A stretch of 64,000 bases of DNA, taken from assembly GCA_963668645.2 (NCBI GenBank), contig CAXXWC010000021.1:832001-896000 (forward strand), in the 5' to 3' direction. This document shows, one piece after another, positions 18,833 to 29,201 of the stretch. Source of the DNA: Desulfobacterales bacterium (GTDB taxonomy: Bacteria > Desulfobacterota > Desulfobacteria > Desulfobacterales > UBA2174). A program made the translations under genes and the position numbers. The notes below the pieces were generated by a model. That model made no database searches. It worked only from the letters and a program-made list of their open reading frames with translations, and was not told where the DNA came from. Within the stretch, counting starts at the first letter, position 1. Every line of letters begins with the position of its first letter.

Positions 18833-19297
18833 TATTTACAACAGCGTTGCAAAATTATCATACCCCCCATTATCCTGTCAATCGATATTGGCTCATGGCC
18901 AGTGTACCGAATGCCGGGGCACTAAAAAATTCCCCTATCAAAACGGCCGGGAATCCGTGGCCTCCCTCTACCAGAATGTCGGCGAACGGTTTCTGCAGAA
19001 GGATCGGAACAGAAAAGACGGACCGTGCTGCTTAAGCGATTTTCAATATATTGCCTTTAAAGGTCATCATCGGCCCCGCGACGTTCATCTTTGCCGCGGA
19101 CGTAGTGGATTTTGACCATACGCCGTTTGGCCACTGTCCGATGATCGTGGTATCCAAATCGGCCCAGGCTAAGATCCTGGATCCAGAAGCCCCGGGAGGT
19201 TTGACAATCATGCGCTCCGGGTCCATCTTACCGGCCGGCTACGAACATGAAAATGCACGAAAGGCATCGACTTCAACCACCAAGGAAATCGCCGGCC

Positions 19298-19927
19298 ATG
19301 GAAAATTTATTGAGGATGGAAATCTTTTCCGACTACGTCTGACCGTGGTGCTACTTCGTTACCGGGCGTATCGAAAAGCTGATCACCGAGTTGAACATCA
19401 TCGTGCATTGGACTGCATTTCCGCTGCACCCGGACACGCCGCTGCAGGGCATGAGCCTCGAAGATCTCTTCTCCGGACGCGACATGGACATGGCGGCGGC
19501 GCTGGCCCGGCTTCGTCAGGTGGCCGCTGCCGAGGGGCTTCCCTTCGGCGACCGGCGTTATACCTACAACAGCCGCCTGGCCCAGGAACTGGGCAAATGG
19601 GCCGAGGAAAAGGGTCGTGGCCACGTGTTCCACGACCTCGCTTTTAGGGCTTATTTCGCTGACGGTCGCAACATCGCCCAGAGATCGGTGCTCATCGACC
19701 TGGCCGCCGCCGCAGGCCTTCCGCCGGCCGAAGCCGAAGCCGTGTTCGCCGCACGCCGGTATGCTGCGGCGGTAGACGCCGACTGGAAACGCTCGCGGGA
19801 GATGAACATCAGCGCGGTGCCGACCTTCTGCGTCGGCAACCGGCGCTTGGTAGGGGCACAGTCTTTCGAAAAGCTCCGTGATCTGACGCTTGGCCAGATC
19901 ACAGCCCCCGGAGAGTTAATTACATGA
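19298..19927 (+). CDS. DsbA/FrnE-family oxidoreductase, selenoprotein (Sec at TGA 19340-19342)
   Basis: ATG 19298 gives MENLLRMEIFSDYV-U-PWCYF.., in frame with ORF 19391-19927 (AFPLHP, YNSRLA, SAVPTF); UPWC occupies the family's CPWC site. Confidence 0.88.
19354..19375 (+). promoter_or_regulatory. Candidate bacterial SECIS hairpin
   Basis: TTCG-T-TAC-CGGGC-GTA-T-CGAA stem-loop with a G-containing apical loop about 12 nt after the UGA. Confidence 0.5.
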
Positions 19928-20547
19928 AGTTTCATCGCTACGACACCGCCCGCGGCTGGATCCTGGTCTGTGCCTTACTGGCGGCCTTGTTGGCGACGGC
20001 TTGCGGCAAAGATCCGGCCCGCCGGCCAACCGCCGGCACCAACATCATCTGCTTCGGCGACAGCCTGACAGCAGGCACCGGCGCCACCGAGGGGATGGAC
20101 TATCCGTCGCAGCTTTCCCGGCGCATCGGCCGGCCGGTGATCAATGCCGGGGTGCCCGGTGACACCACCGTCGACGGCCTGGCGCGCCTGGAAGACGAAG
20201 TGCTGAGCCGATCGCCGCGTCTGGTCCTGATCACCCTGGGCGGCAACGACCTGAAAAATCGCATGAGCCGGGAAGCGGCCTTCGAGAACCTCGCCGAAAT
20301 CGTGCAGCGCATCCACGAGACCGGGGCCGTGGCGATTATCGGCGGGCTGGACATCCCGCTGTATGGCCGCGACTTCGGAGCAGGCTACCGGAAGCTGGCC
20401 AAAGAGACCGGGGCCGTTCTCATCGAGGACATCTTCGATGGAATAATGGGCCACCACAGTCTGATGAGCGACCCGATCCACCCCAACGACGCCGGCTACG
20501 CCATCATGGCCGAACACTTTCACCTTGCCATTGAGCCGTTTTTGTAG
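19924..20547 (+). CDS. SGNH/GDSL arylesterase (TesA-like), probable lipoprotein
   Basis: Lipobox-like LATAC; FGDSLT, NAGVPG, LGGND, DPIHPN. Confidence 0.92.
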   Translation: MKFHRYDTARGWILVCALLAALLATACGKDPARRPTAGTNIICFGDSLTAGTGATEGMDYPSQLSRRIGRPVINAGVPGDTTVDGLARLEDEVLSRSPRLVLITLGGNDLKNRMSREAAFENLAEIVQRIHETGAVAIIGGLDIPLYGRDFGAGYRKLAKETGAVLIEDIFDGIMGHHSLMSDPIHPNDAGYAIMAEHFHLAIEPFL

Positions 20548-21446
20548 CATCGGCTGCCGCTGCCGGCACCGTAAAGGCCCGCGGGATGCGAAAACGCCGC
20601 CTTCAGGTCGACAACGATATCCTTTGCTCCCGTGGAATCACCTTGTTGTGACGTTGCCCATGTGCAGCGCCATGTTTTCGAGCGGATGCATCACGGCTCT
20701 GCCGGGTTTCCTAAGGTACGGGCCATCGAATGGGAATGAAAACACCGTAAACCCAAGTGAAAAAAGAGATGGAACTCAAAGACGCCATCCGGACCCGCAA
20801 GAGCATCCGGCGCTTTACCGCACGGCCGGTTGCAAAAGAGACCCTGTGCGAAATCCTCCAGCTGGCCTGCCGGGCCCCTTCCGGCAAGAATATTCAACCC
20901 TGGGAGTTTTTCGTGATTGGCGGTAAGACCCTCGACAAGATCCGCGCCGCAAACGTGGTAAAGATCCGCACCTTTCAGATGCCGCCAGAGGAGATGGCCT
21001 ATATCCAGTTCGAACGGCCCAAAGGCAGTGTCTACCGCCAGCGAGAGGTGGAGATTGCCAAGCAGCTCTTCGGCCTGATGGGCATCGCACGCGAAGACAA
21101 GGAAAAGCGCGCCGCTTGGATGGAGCGGGGATTTCGCTACTTCGACGCACCCGCGGCGATCATCGTCGCAGCCGACAAGTCGCTGCCGATTCAGGGCACC
21201 TACCTCGACGTAGGGGCCGTCACCCAGACGATCTGCCTGGCGGCTCTCGAATACGGGCTGCACACCTGCATCGAGAACCAGGGCATCACCTACTCCGACG
21301 TGCTGCGGCAGTACACGCCGATCCCGGACACCAAGCGTCTGGTGGCCGCCATCGCCATCGGGTATCCCGACTGGGACTTTCCGGCCAACCGGGTTGAAAG
21401 TCCGCGCGAGCCCATCGACCGGATGGTCACTTGGTGCGGGCTGTGA
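20523..21446 (+). repeat. Direct repeat copy 2
   Basis: Matches 11894-12841. Confidence 0.9.
20769..21446 (+). CDS. Nitroreductase family protein (copy 2)
   Basis: Near-identical to 12164-12841; APSGKNIQPWEF. Confidence 0.93.
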   Translation: MELKDAIRTRKSIRRFTARPVAKETLCEILQLACRAPSGKNIQPWEFFVIGGKTLDKIRAANVVKIRTFQMPPEEMAYIQFERPKGSVYRQREVEIAKQLFGLMGIAREDKEKRAAWMERGFRYFDAPAAIIVAADKSLPIQGTYLDVGAVTQTICLAALEYGLHTCIENQGITYSDVLRQYTPIPDTKRLVAAIAIGYPDWDFPANRVESPREPIDRMVTWCGL

Positions 21447-21760
21447 CCGGCCCCTGAAAAGAGACGGAACATAATCCCTTCGAGGCTCCGATCAGACCCA
21501 GGCCGACCTTGACGGCGCCGGTATTTATGGGCTTTCAGCGGCCGGTACCGTATTTCCAAAACCTATCGGTACGTCCTGAAAATTCGCCGTTCCGGCGGGC
21601 CAACGGTTGACCTTTCCTATCCATTGAAATAACGTCGTATTGAAATCCCATCGGTCTTGATCGAACGTGTGCAAAATGCCATTTGGCTTGCTTGACGGAT
21701 AAGATATCTAACAGCATAGTATACATTGATTTTGATTTGTTTTTAAAAAGCGAGCAAAAA

Positions 21761-23779
21761 GTGAAAATATCAATAATCATTTTCAGCCTGATAATTTCAC
21801 TTATGGCATGGTTATGTCTCACCACCGCAATGGCAAATCCACCAGAAGATCAGTGCCGGTCAAATCCACAACTCGTTAGTGCCATATATAGTTCAGGTGG
21901 AAATTCATATAAAACCACAGAATTTGTTTTAACAAAAAATCGAATTCTAAGGTTGTATGCAATAGGAGAAGGAAATCCATCAAGAATGCTGGTCTACGGT
22001 GGTATCGAAAATAGAGAAACGGGCCAACTGGTTTGGGTGATGGATTTTCTTTCAACTGAGGACATTGATAAAACACGAGAAATCAGAAAAGTGGATCGGC
22101 TTCTGCCCCTTAGAGCTGGAACATACAGGCTGCACTTTAAATCAGACCCGGCAAGCCTCCAAAAAAAATCAATTCAAACAACAACTGGATCACATAACAT
22201 AGGAATATGGCTATTCGATGTAACTGCTCATCATCTAGAACTTTTAGATAATTTCTTGGAAAAAACGACCCATCCTGAAAAATTTGGCTGGTCGAGTATT
22301 AAATTAAGTGAACTGAATCATGAATTGAAAAAGTATGGCACAGACGCATTAATGCTCATCACAGATGGCAAAATAATTTTTGAATACGGCAACACAACCA
22401 ATATCATGCGGTCTCACTCAATGAGAAAGAGCTTGCTAAGTGCTCTATATGGGATATATGTTGCTGAAGGCAAAATTGACTTAAATGCAACACTTGAAAA
22501 GCTTAACATAACTGAATGTATACCTTTGACTATCCGAGAAAAGCAAGCCACTGTCTTGGATCTTATAAAAGCCCGATCCGGCATCTATATTCCGGCTGCT
22601 GCAGAATCATCGTTTATGCGCAAATCCAGACCACAAAGGGGTAGCCATCAACCAAGCACTTTCTGGTATTACAACAACTGGGATTTTAACGTATTAGGAA
22701 CGATATTCCGGCAGGAAACCCGCGAAGATCTTTTTTACGCCTTCAAACGGCGTATTGCAGATCCTATCGGCATGCAGGATTTCATTCTCGGCAGGCAGGC
22801 ATATAGCTATGAGAAAAAGCTTTCACTTCACCCTTCCTATCCATTTCTTATTTCAGCCCGTGATATGGCTAAATTTGGACAACTATTCCTGCAGCAGGGC
22901 AGATGGAACGACAATCAGATCATTCCCCAAAATTGGGTAACGACAAGCACGGCATCATATTCACACACCAATAGATATGGCATTGGCTATGGCTATATGT
23001 GGTGGATACTGACTGAAGATTCTTATGGATTGCAAAAGGGTTCCTACTTTGCCGATGGATATGGAGGTCAAAGGTTGTATGTTATTCCTCACCTAAATTC
23101 GGTCATAGTACATCGCATCAACGTCAAAATACCAGACACAAATATTTTGGTTGCCGACCTTTCCCCAGATGCGGTAATTAAAAGAATCATGAAAGCGTAT
23201 ACTGGCCAAAAAGTTATCCGGGAAAAATCGGTGTTGAGAGAAAAAAAGAACCTCGTTAATGAAAAGCATTTATTGGATACATATGGACGATCGTCTATCT
23301 ATTACGGAAAATCATTTAACAAATTCCGAATATGGCTTTGGGTTTGTGCCATTGTATTATCCAGCAGCCTTGTGATCCGGACAATTATTTATCTTATGCG
23401 GAAAGCCTCTTGTCAACTACGATTTCAAGAGGACAAGAGTTCAAGTAACAGTCTATATACAGTCGTGGTAAAATGGATCACCACAATAGACGGCCTTACA
23501 TGTTCCGTATACATCTGTACGATCCTTACCATTCCACATGCTTTTGAATATTTGGCGATGGTTGGCATGCCAGACGGCTTGGCCTTATATCAAAAAGCCC
23601 TGATACATATTCCGAAGATAGGTGTATTACTGACCACCTTTCTTATGGTTGCCAATATATTTGTATGGGTTAAGCGATATTGGACAGTTCCCGAGAGAAT
23701 CCACTTTGTATTAATAACCACGGCATCTGTCGTTTTCACTTATATAGCTTACGACTTGAATTTGATCATACTAGTGTAG
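21761..23779 (+). CDS. Beta-lactamase-family serine hydrolase with extra N-terminal domain and C-terminal TM helices (start uncertain)
   Basis: SxxK (SMRK), YYNNWDFN, ISARDMAKFGQLFLQQGRW, YGYMWW, GYGGQ; signal/TM at the N-terminus, about 4 TM at the C-terminus. Confidence 0.85.
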   Translation: MKISIIIFSLIISLMAWLCLTTAMANPPEDQCRSNPQLVSAIYSSGGNSYKTTEFVLTKNRILRLYAIGEGNPSRMLVYGGIENRETGQLVWVMDFLSTEDIDKTREIRKVDRLLPLRAGTYRLHFKSDPASLQKKSIQTTTGSHNIGIWLFDVTAHHLELLDNFLEKTTHPEKFGWSSIKLSELNHELKKYGTDALMLITDGKIIFEYGNTTNIMRSHSMRKSLLSALYGIYVAEGKIDLNATLEKLNITECIPLTIREKQATVLDLIKARSGIYIPAAAESSFMRKSRPQRGSHQPSTFWYYNNWDFNVLGTIFRQETREDLFYAFKRRIADPIGMQDFILGRQAYSYEKKLSLHPSYPFLISARDMAKFGQLFLQQGRWNDNQIIPQNWVTTSTASYSHTNRYGIGYGYMWWILTEDSYGLQKGSYFADGYGGQRLYVIPHLNSVIVHRINVKIPDTNILVADLSPDAVIKRIMKAYTGQKVIREKSVLREKKNLVNEKHLLDTYGRSSIYYGKSFNKFRIWLWVCAIVLSSSLVIRTIIYLMRKASCQLRFQEDKSSSNSLYTVVVKWITTIDGLTCSVYICTILTIPHAFEYLAMVGMPDGLALYQKALIHIPKIGVLLTTFLMVANIFVWVKRYWTVPERIHFVLITTASVVFTYIAYDLNLIILV

Positions 23780-24019
23780 TGAAAATTTTCTGCATCACAT
23801 CCTCGCATTTTAAACTGATTTCAACACCTCGCCTGAAACCTGATTCCGGCCTCGCAAGTCCGCAAATACCATGCCGGACAGATCCCACCACTACACTGAT
23901 TTTCTCGGCGCTGTTCAGCCTTTTGTGATGGCTTGTCCATAGCCCTATGCTATGCTTCGATTCCCCGAAATTGGGGGTCTGATCAAACTTGACACCCATC
24001 CTTTGTGCGAGAGCTGAAG

Positions 24020-24135
24020 CCGGACACCGTCTTGCGATTGCCCCTTGCCGTGAGCTGATACTTATGCTAATAATTACAATCAGTAACATTGTTCACAGAT
24101 AGGGGATTTGCACTCCATAAAAATCACAGTCGTAC
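24020..24135 (-). mobile_element. Second, more degenerate group IIC intron 5' remnant
   Basis: Minus strand GTACG..TGATTTTTATGGAGTGCAAATCCCCT..ATTAGCATAAG..CGGCAAGGGG; shares CTTATGCTAAT and AGGGGAYTTGCACYCCATAA with 466-525. Confidence 0.6.
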
Positions 24136-24261
24136 AAAATTTGCTGGTCAGGACACGCTAAACGTCCAATTTCATCGCAAAGTAAGTTAATTATATGGAT
24201 TGCGTAGACCTAAAAAAGGATATTGCACGCTTATTATATTTTTTCGATAACAGGTGCTGAC

Positions 24262-26664
24262 ATGATTCGAAAACCAACATATGAAGAACTTGAATGCCGT
24301 ATTCGTGAGCTGGAAAATGCTGAATCCGAAACCAGAAAAATTTTAAACATGCATGATAAATTAAAATTAAACTACCGGGATATATTCGAAGCCATAAACG
24401 ATGCTATTTTCATTCATGACGCTCAAAGCGGACGCATACTCGACGTAAACCAGCGGACGCTGGAAATGTACGGATACTCCAAAGAAGAGATAATTCAATT
24501 GGATGTGGAGGCCCTTAGCCAAGGTATTTCCCCATATGGTAAAGCCGAAGCCAAAAATAATATTCAGAAGGCTGCAAAAGGCGAACCACATCTCTTCGAA
24601 TGGAGGGCCAAGAGGAAAAACGACGATCTGTTTTGGGTTGAGGTAAATTTGAAAATTGTCCCTTTTGAGGGTCAAAAATGCGTCATAGCCATTGTACGTG
24701 ATATAAGCGCTCGCAAGAAGACTGAAGAGGCATTGCGACTTACCCAGTATACCATTGATAAAACCGTTGATCAGGCATTCTGGATGACTGCTGATAGCCA
24801 ACTTTTCTATGTTAACGATGCAGCATGTAAGACACTGGGGTACCCGCGCGAAGAATTGCTTAAATTATCAATACCGGATATCGATCCTTTTGTTTCTTCC
24901 GATGTATTTGCCCGATTTTGGCCCAAGTTAAAGAAAAACGGATCAGATACATTAGAAACTTTTCACCGCACAAAAAACGGCCATATATACCCTGTAGAAA
25001 TCAGAGCCAACTATGTCGTCTTTGACGGCAAGGAATACAACTGTGCCTTCGCAACAGACATCACTGAACGAAAAAGAATGGAGCAATCTTTGAAAGATAG
25101 CGAAGGTTTTCTTCGTGCACTGCTGCAGACAATTCCTTTTTTGATCTGGTTGAAAGATCCAAATGGTGCATTTTTGGCCTGCAACGAAATGTTCGAACGT
25201 TTTATAGGTGCAAAAGAGGAAAATATAGTAGGCAAGACCGATTACGATTTTGTGGAAAAGGATCTGGCGGACTTTTTTCGCGAACAGGATCGCAAGGCTG
25301 TTGCTGCTGGAAAGCCCACGAGCAATGAGGAGTGGGTGACTTTTGCTGCCAGTGGACAACTTGTGCTGTTGGAAACCATGAAGACACCGATGCTCGATGA
25401 TCAGGGAAATCTTGTCGGAGTGTTAGGCATCGCCCATGATATTACCGAGCGCAAGAAAGCCGAAGAGGAAAAAGTCAAACTTAAAGGCCAGCTCCAACAA
25501 GCCCAGAAGATGGAAGCCGTTGGCAGACTGGCTGGCGGAGTTGCTCACGATTTTAACAACATGCTCAGTGTCATCATCGGATATGGTGAACTGGCTCTGG
25601 AGCGGACAGACCATACCGAGCAACTGCGAACTGAGTTACAGGAAATCATGGAAGCGGCCTATCGCTCGGCCGATATTACCCGCCAACTTTTGGCTTTTGC
25701 ACGCAAACAGACAATCTCTCCCAAGGTGCTCGATATCAACAAGACCGTAGAGAGCCTGACAAAAATGCTTCAACGCCTGATTGGGGAGGATATCGAGCTG
25801 GCATGGATGCCGGGTGAGGCTGTTGGGATGACGAAAATAGATCCGGGCCAAGTCGATCAAATCTTGGTCAATCTTTGCCTCAACGCCCGGGATGCCATAA
25901 AGGATGTGGGCAGAATTATTATCGAAACAGGCAACGTTAATTTCGATGAAAACTATTGCAGCCATCATTTTAGATTCATACCCGGAGAATATATACTTCT
26001 GGCAATCAGTGACAACGGTTACGGCATGGACGCCGAAACTCTCGACAATATTTTCGATCCTTTCTTCACGACCAAGGAAGCCGGTAAGGGTACGGGGCTA
26101 GGGTTGGCGATGGTCTACGGTATTGTCAATCAAAACAATGGATTCATAAATGTATGTAGCGAACTTGGCCAGGGATCTTCATTTAAAATCTATCTTCCAC
26201 GGCACCGAGCCGGAGCGCCCGATTTTCTGCCTTCAGAAGGAAATGATTTCAGAGTCCCATGCGGTTGCGAGACGATCCTGCTGGCAGAAGATGAACTTGC
26301 GATACTCAAGATGGCAGTTACGATGCTTGAAAGTCTGGGTTACGCGGTACTGGCAGCCAGAACACCGGGAGAAGCCATTCGCCTCGCCGAGGAGCATGAT
26401 GGCGCGATCGATTTGCTTCTGACCGATGTCGTTATGCCCGAGATGAACGGGAGGTTACTCGTCAAAAAGATCTTGGCTATTCATCCTGATCTTGAATACC
26501 TGTTCATGTCCGGCTATACCGCCAACGTTATAGCCCATCACGGCGTTTTGGATGAAGGCGTAAATTTCATCCAAAAGCCGTTTTCGAAAAATGAGCTTGG
26601 CGCAAAGGTTCGTGAAGCGCTGGACGGGCGTATTCCCTCCAGGCGCAAGTCTCAGTCGATTTAG
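24262..26664 (+). CDS. Cytoplasmic hybrid sensor histidine kinase (3 PAS + HisKA + HATPase + REC)
   Basis: KPTYEELE start, three PAS/PAC units ending DIS/DITERK, H-box [39 protein letters not shown]. Confidence 0.95.
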   Translation: MIRKPTYEELECRIRELENAESETRKILNMHDKLKLNYRDIFEAINDAIFIHDAQSGRILDVNQRTLEMYGYSKEEIIQLDVEALSQGISPYGKAEAKNNIQKAAKGEPHLFEWRAKRKNDDLFWVEVNLKIVPFEGQKCVIAIVRDISARKKTEEALRLTQYTIDKTVDQAFWMTADSQLFYVNDAACKTLGYPREELLKLSIPDIDPFVSSDVFARFWPKLKKNGSDTLETFHRTKNGHIYPVEIRANYVVFDGKEYNCAFATDITERKRMEQSLKDSEGFLRALLQTIPFLIWLKDPNGAFLACNEMFERFIGAKEENIVGKTDYDFVEKDLADFFREQDRKAVAAGKPTSNEEWVTFAASGQLVLLETMKTPMLDDQGNLVGVLGIAHDITERKKAEEEKVKLKGQLQQAQKMEAVGRLAGGVAHDFNNMLSVIIGYGELALERTDHTEQLRTELQEIMEAAYRSADITRQLLAFARKQTISPKVLDINKTVESLTKMLQRLIGEDIELAWMPGEAVGMTKIDPGQVDQILVNLCLNARDAIKDVGRIIIETGNVNFDENYCSHHFRFIPGEYILLAISDNGYGMDAETLDNIFDPFFTTKEAGKGTGLGLAMVYGIVNQNNGFINVCSELGQGSSFKIYLPRHRAGAPDFLPSEGNDFRVPCGCETILLAEDELAILKMAVTMLESLGYAVLAARTPGEAIRLAEEHDGAIDLLLTDVVMPEMNGRLLVKKILAIHPDLEYLFMSGYTANVIAHHGVLDEGVNFIQKPFSKNELGAKVREALDGRIPSRRKSQSI

Positions 26665-26792
26665 ATTACGCAGAGAAGTGTCCGGTTGATAGAGCAGAAT
26701 TTTTCTAAAGCTGGTATCGTCGCGATAGGATATGAGCTGGCTTTTACATGATCCTGCATACAGCCTTAACTGTTGGATGACAGGGAGCAATA

Positions 26793-28388
26793 ATGAAAGA
26801 TAAATATCTGAAAATAACAGATACTAGTAAAATTATTCTTCGATATTTTCTTATTATCTTCTTATCTCTCTGCTTGATCTGGTCTGCCATCACATTTTTT
26901 CTATACCATCTTGAGGCCAGGGCGTTCCTGTTGCAGATAAAAAATAGAGAAAAATCACGTATAGAAGTCCAGAAAGAGATCATCGAGCAAAATTTCATTT
27001 CAATTGCCTCCGATTTAAAGTTTTTGTCAAAGCAAAACGAAATTTTCCAATTTATTGAAACGAATAATACTATTTACAAAGAATTAACAGCAAAAGAATA
27101 TTTGGAGTTTTGCCGCCAAAAAGCGGCATATGACCAGATTCGCTTCATAGACAATTATGGAAACGAAGTTATACGTGTAAATTACAATGCTGGCAATCCT
27201 GACATCGTTCCTGGAAAAATGCTTCAGAATAAAAAAAGTCGTTACTATTTTAAAGAATCATTGGCACTTGAATGCAATAAAATTTTTATCTCATCTTTCG
27301 ATCTAAATATCGAAAACAATAAAATTGAGATGCCTTTAAAACCGATGATTCGCTTTGGAATGCCGCTTTGCGACAATGACGGCAAGAAGCATGGTGTCAT
27401 TGCCCTTAATTATATGGGCATTCGACTTTTAAATTTAATACAATCGGCCAACAAAGAGATTATGCTGACCAATTCGGATGGATACTGGCTACACAGTCCT
27501 ATCCCTGAAGATACATGGGGATTTATGTTAAAAGAAAGACATAATCGTAGATTCTCAACTGATTTTCCGGAAGCGTGGATAACAATTTCATCAGCACCTG
27601 AAAAACAGTTTTATAATGAAAATGGCCTGTTCACTTTTACGACGATATATCCTTCAAAAAAAATTATGGATTCCGGATTAATATCAGATAATCCTGCTAT
27701 AGACACCGAAGAAGAAATCAAATGCAAAGATGATTACTGGAAAATCATATCTTACATCTCAAATGATGTCCTCATTAACAAGACTCGAGGAACCTTATTT
27801 AAATTTTTAATTTTAACAACAATCGTTTTTGTACTCACCAGCATTCCCGCATGGTTCATCACCAAAGAAATTATACGACGCAGGCTTCATCAGCTGGAAA
27901 TGTATGAATTGGCTAATTTTGACAGGTTGACAAGACTTCCGAATCGTGCTCATTTTTTAAAAAATTTAAATCAAATACATTATCAATCTCAGAGATACGG
28001 TCATACCTATGCGTTACTATTCATCGACCTTAATGGCTTTAAGGAAATAAACGATACATTGGGCCATGACGCGGGAGATCAGGTTTTAGTAGAAGTTGGG
28101 AAAAGATTGTCAAAGTGTATCAGACAGTCTGATATGGTTGCACGGCTCGGAGGCGATGAATTTACCATTGTCCTTCCTTTTGTACCATCACCTCATGACG
28201 CCCAAAAAACTATCGAAAAAATATTGAAAGAAATATCTATTCCTTTAATTTTAAATGACTCTCAAAGAGAAATCAGTGCAAGCATCGGATTGAGTTTTTA
28301 TCCTGATGATGGTGATTCAGTCGATGTGTTATTAAAAAAAGCAGATTGCGAAATGTATAAGATAAAAAGAAGCACGAAAAAGGCTTAA
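26793..28388 (+). CDS. Diguanylate cyclase with periplasmic Cache-type sensor
   Basis: TM, YDQIRFID..PMIRFG Cache-like region, TM, DRLTRLPNR, RQSD I-site, RLGGDEF. Confidence 0.92.
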   Translation: MKDKYLKITDTSKIILRYFLIIFLSLCLIWSAITFFLYHLEARAFLLQIKNREKSRIEVQKEIIEQNFISIASDLKFLSKQNEIFQFIETNNTIYKELTAKEYLEFCRQKAAYDQIRFIDNYGNEVIRVNYNAGNPDIVPGKMLQNKKSRYYFKESLALECNKIFISSFDLNIENNKIEMPLKPMIRFGMPLCDNDGKKHGVIALNYMGIRLLNLIQSANKEIMLTNSDGYWLHSPIPEDTWGFMLKERHNRRFSTDFPEAWITISSAPEKQFYNENGLFTFTTIYPSKKIMDSGLISDNPAIDTEEEIKCKDDYWKIISYISNDVLINKTRGTLFKFLILTTIVFVLTSIPAWFITKEIIRRRLHQLEMYELANFDRLTRLPNRAHFLKNLNQIHYQSQRYGHTYALLFIDLNGFKEINDTLGHDAGDQVLVEVGKRLSKCIRQSDMVARLGGDEFTIVLPFVPSPHDAQKTIEKILKEISIPLILNDSQREISASIGLSFYPDDGDSVDVLLKKADCEMYKIKRSTKKA

Positions 28389-28620
28389 CGCTGAAAAAGC
28401 CCTTCACAACACTGCTGACACCCTACCCTGAATCAATCCATCATATTGTATTTTGGGATGAATTATCACTTGTGCAACATCGCTAATTATGACACAATTT
28501 TTATGACGGTCAACCTGCATTGTAGGTGATCGTTTCCAGATGATACATTCCGCACGTGAAATCGCGGGGCCAGGAAATTGAGCACAGGAAAAGCGATCCC
28601 TGTTGGCAAGCCCGGCGTTG

Positions 28621-28771
28621 AGTGCTTGAGGTGAGCCACTCATGGTTTAATCGCTTTCGTAAGATCCTGGTACGCTATGAAAAACGCGCCGATACCCTAC
28701 ATGGCGCTACTACAAATGGTCGCGGCAATCATCGCCTACCGGAAGGTAGGTGTTATATACGGATAAGCACT
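28621..28771 (+). mobile_element. IS5-family transposase C-terminal remnant with right end
   Basis: EVSHSWFNRFRKILVRYEKRADT, frameshift in CCC at 28695-28697, then YMALLQMVAAIIAYRKVGVIYG*; ends GGATAAGCACT. Confidence 0.75.
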
Positions 28772-28814
28772 AAAACGGATTCCGAATGGACCAGACCGCC
28801 GGTCAGACTCCACG

Positions 28815-28963
28815 TCAGGTCGTGGTGTGCAGGCTGTCCATGCCAGCCATAGCCAGCCTGTGGGCAACTGTCCGGGCATCTTCCAAACCAGTGGCACCGC
28901 CTTGGTCCCCGGCCCCGCCATGTGAGAGATGACAGGGAAACCAGGTTCCACTACCTTGCGTAT
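28815..28963 (-). pseudogene. Internal fragment of an NADH:flavin oxidoreductase (OYE family)
   Basis: IRKVVEPGFPVI, then after a frameshift GLEDARTVAHRLAMAGMDSLH, matching the OYE pattern IRxAVGxDFPV..G..LE....A..L..AG.D.LH. Confidence 0.45.
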
Positions 28964-29201
28964 CCTTTCTGTTATCGGTATTTTTTGGGGTTGATTTTTA
29001 GGATAAACATGTGCTTATTTGAACATTAAGCTCATAAAGCATTTGACCAGATCCAACACCACCACGCCTCACTCTGCTGCTGGACGGACCAGGGTTCGAT
29101 TTATCCTGCTCTCAGCTCCCCGGGCATCTTCTTCAGAAAATGGATATAGGGTTTGCATAAAAGAAGACAAACCACAGCAAATGATACCGAGGGGGTGTGT
29201 A

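Noticed and set aside
18888..19226. Short ORFs between iclR and the selenoprotein gene
   Set aside because: No RBS or convincing family motif; possibly gene debris but not supportable.
19391..19927. TTG start for the DsbA-like ORF as given in the track
   Set aside because: It omits the active site; the upstream in-frame ATG with UPWC fits the family better.
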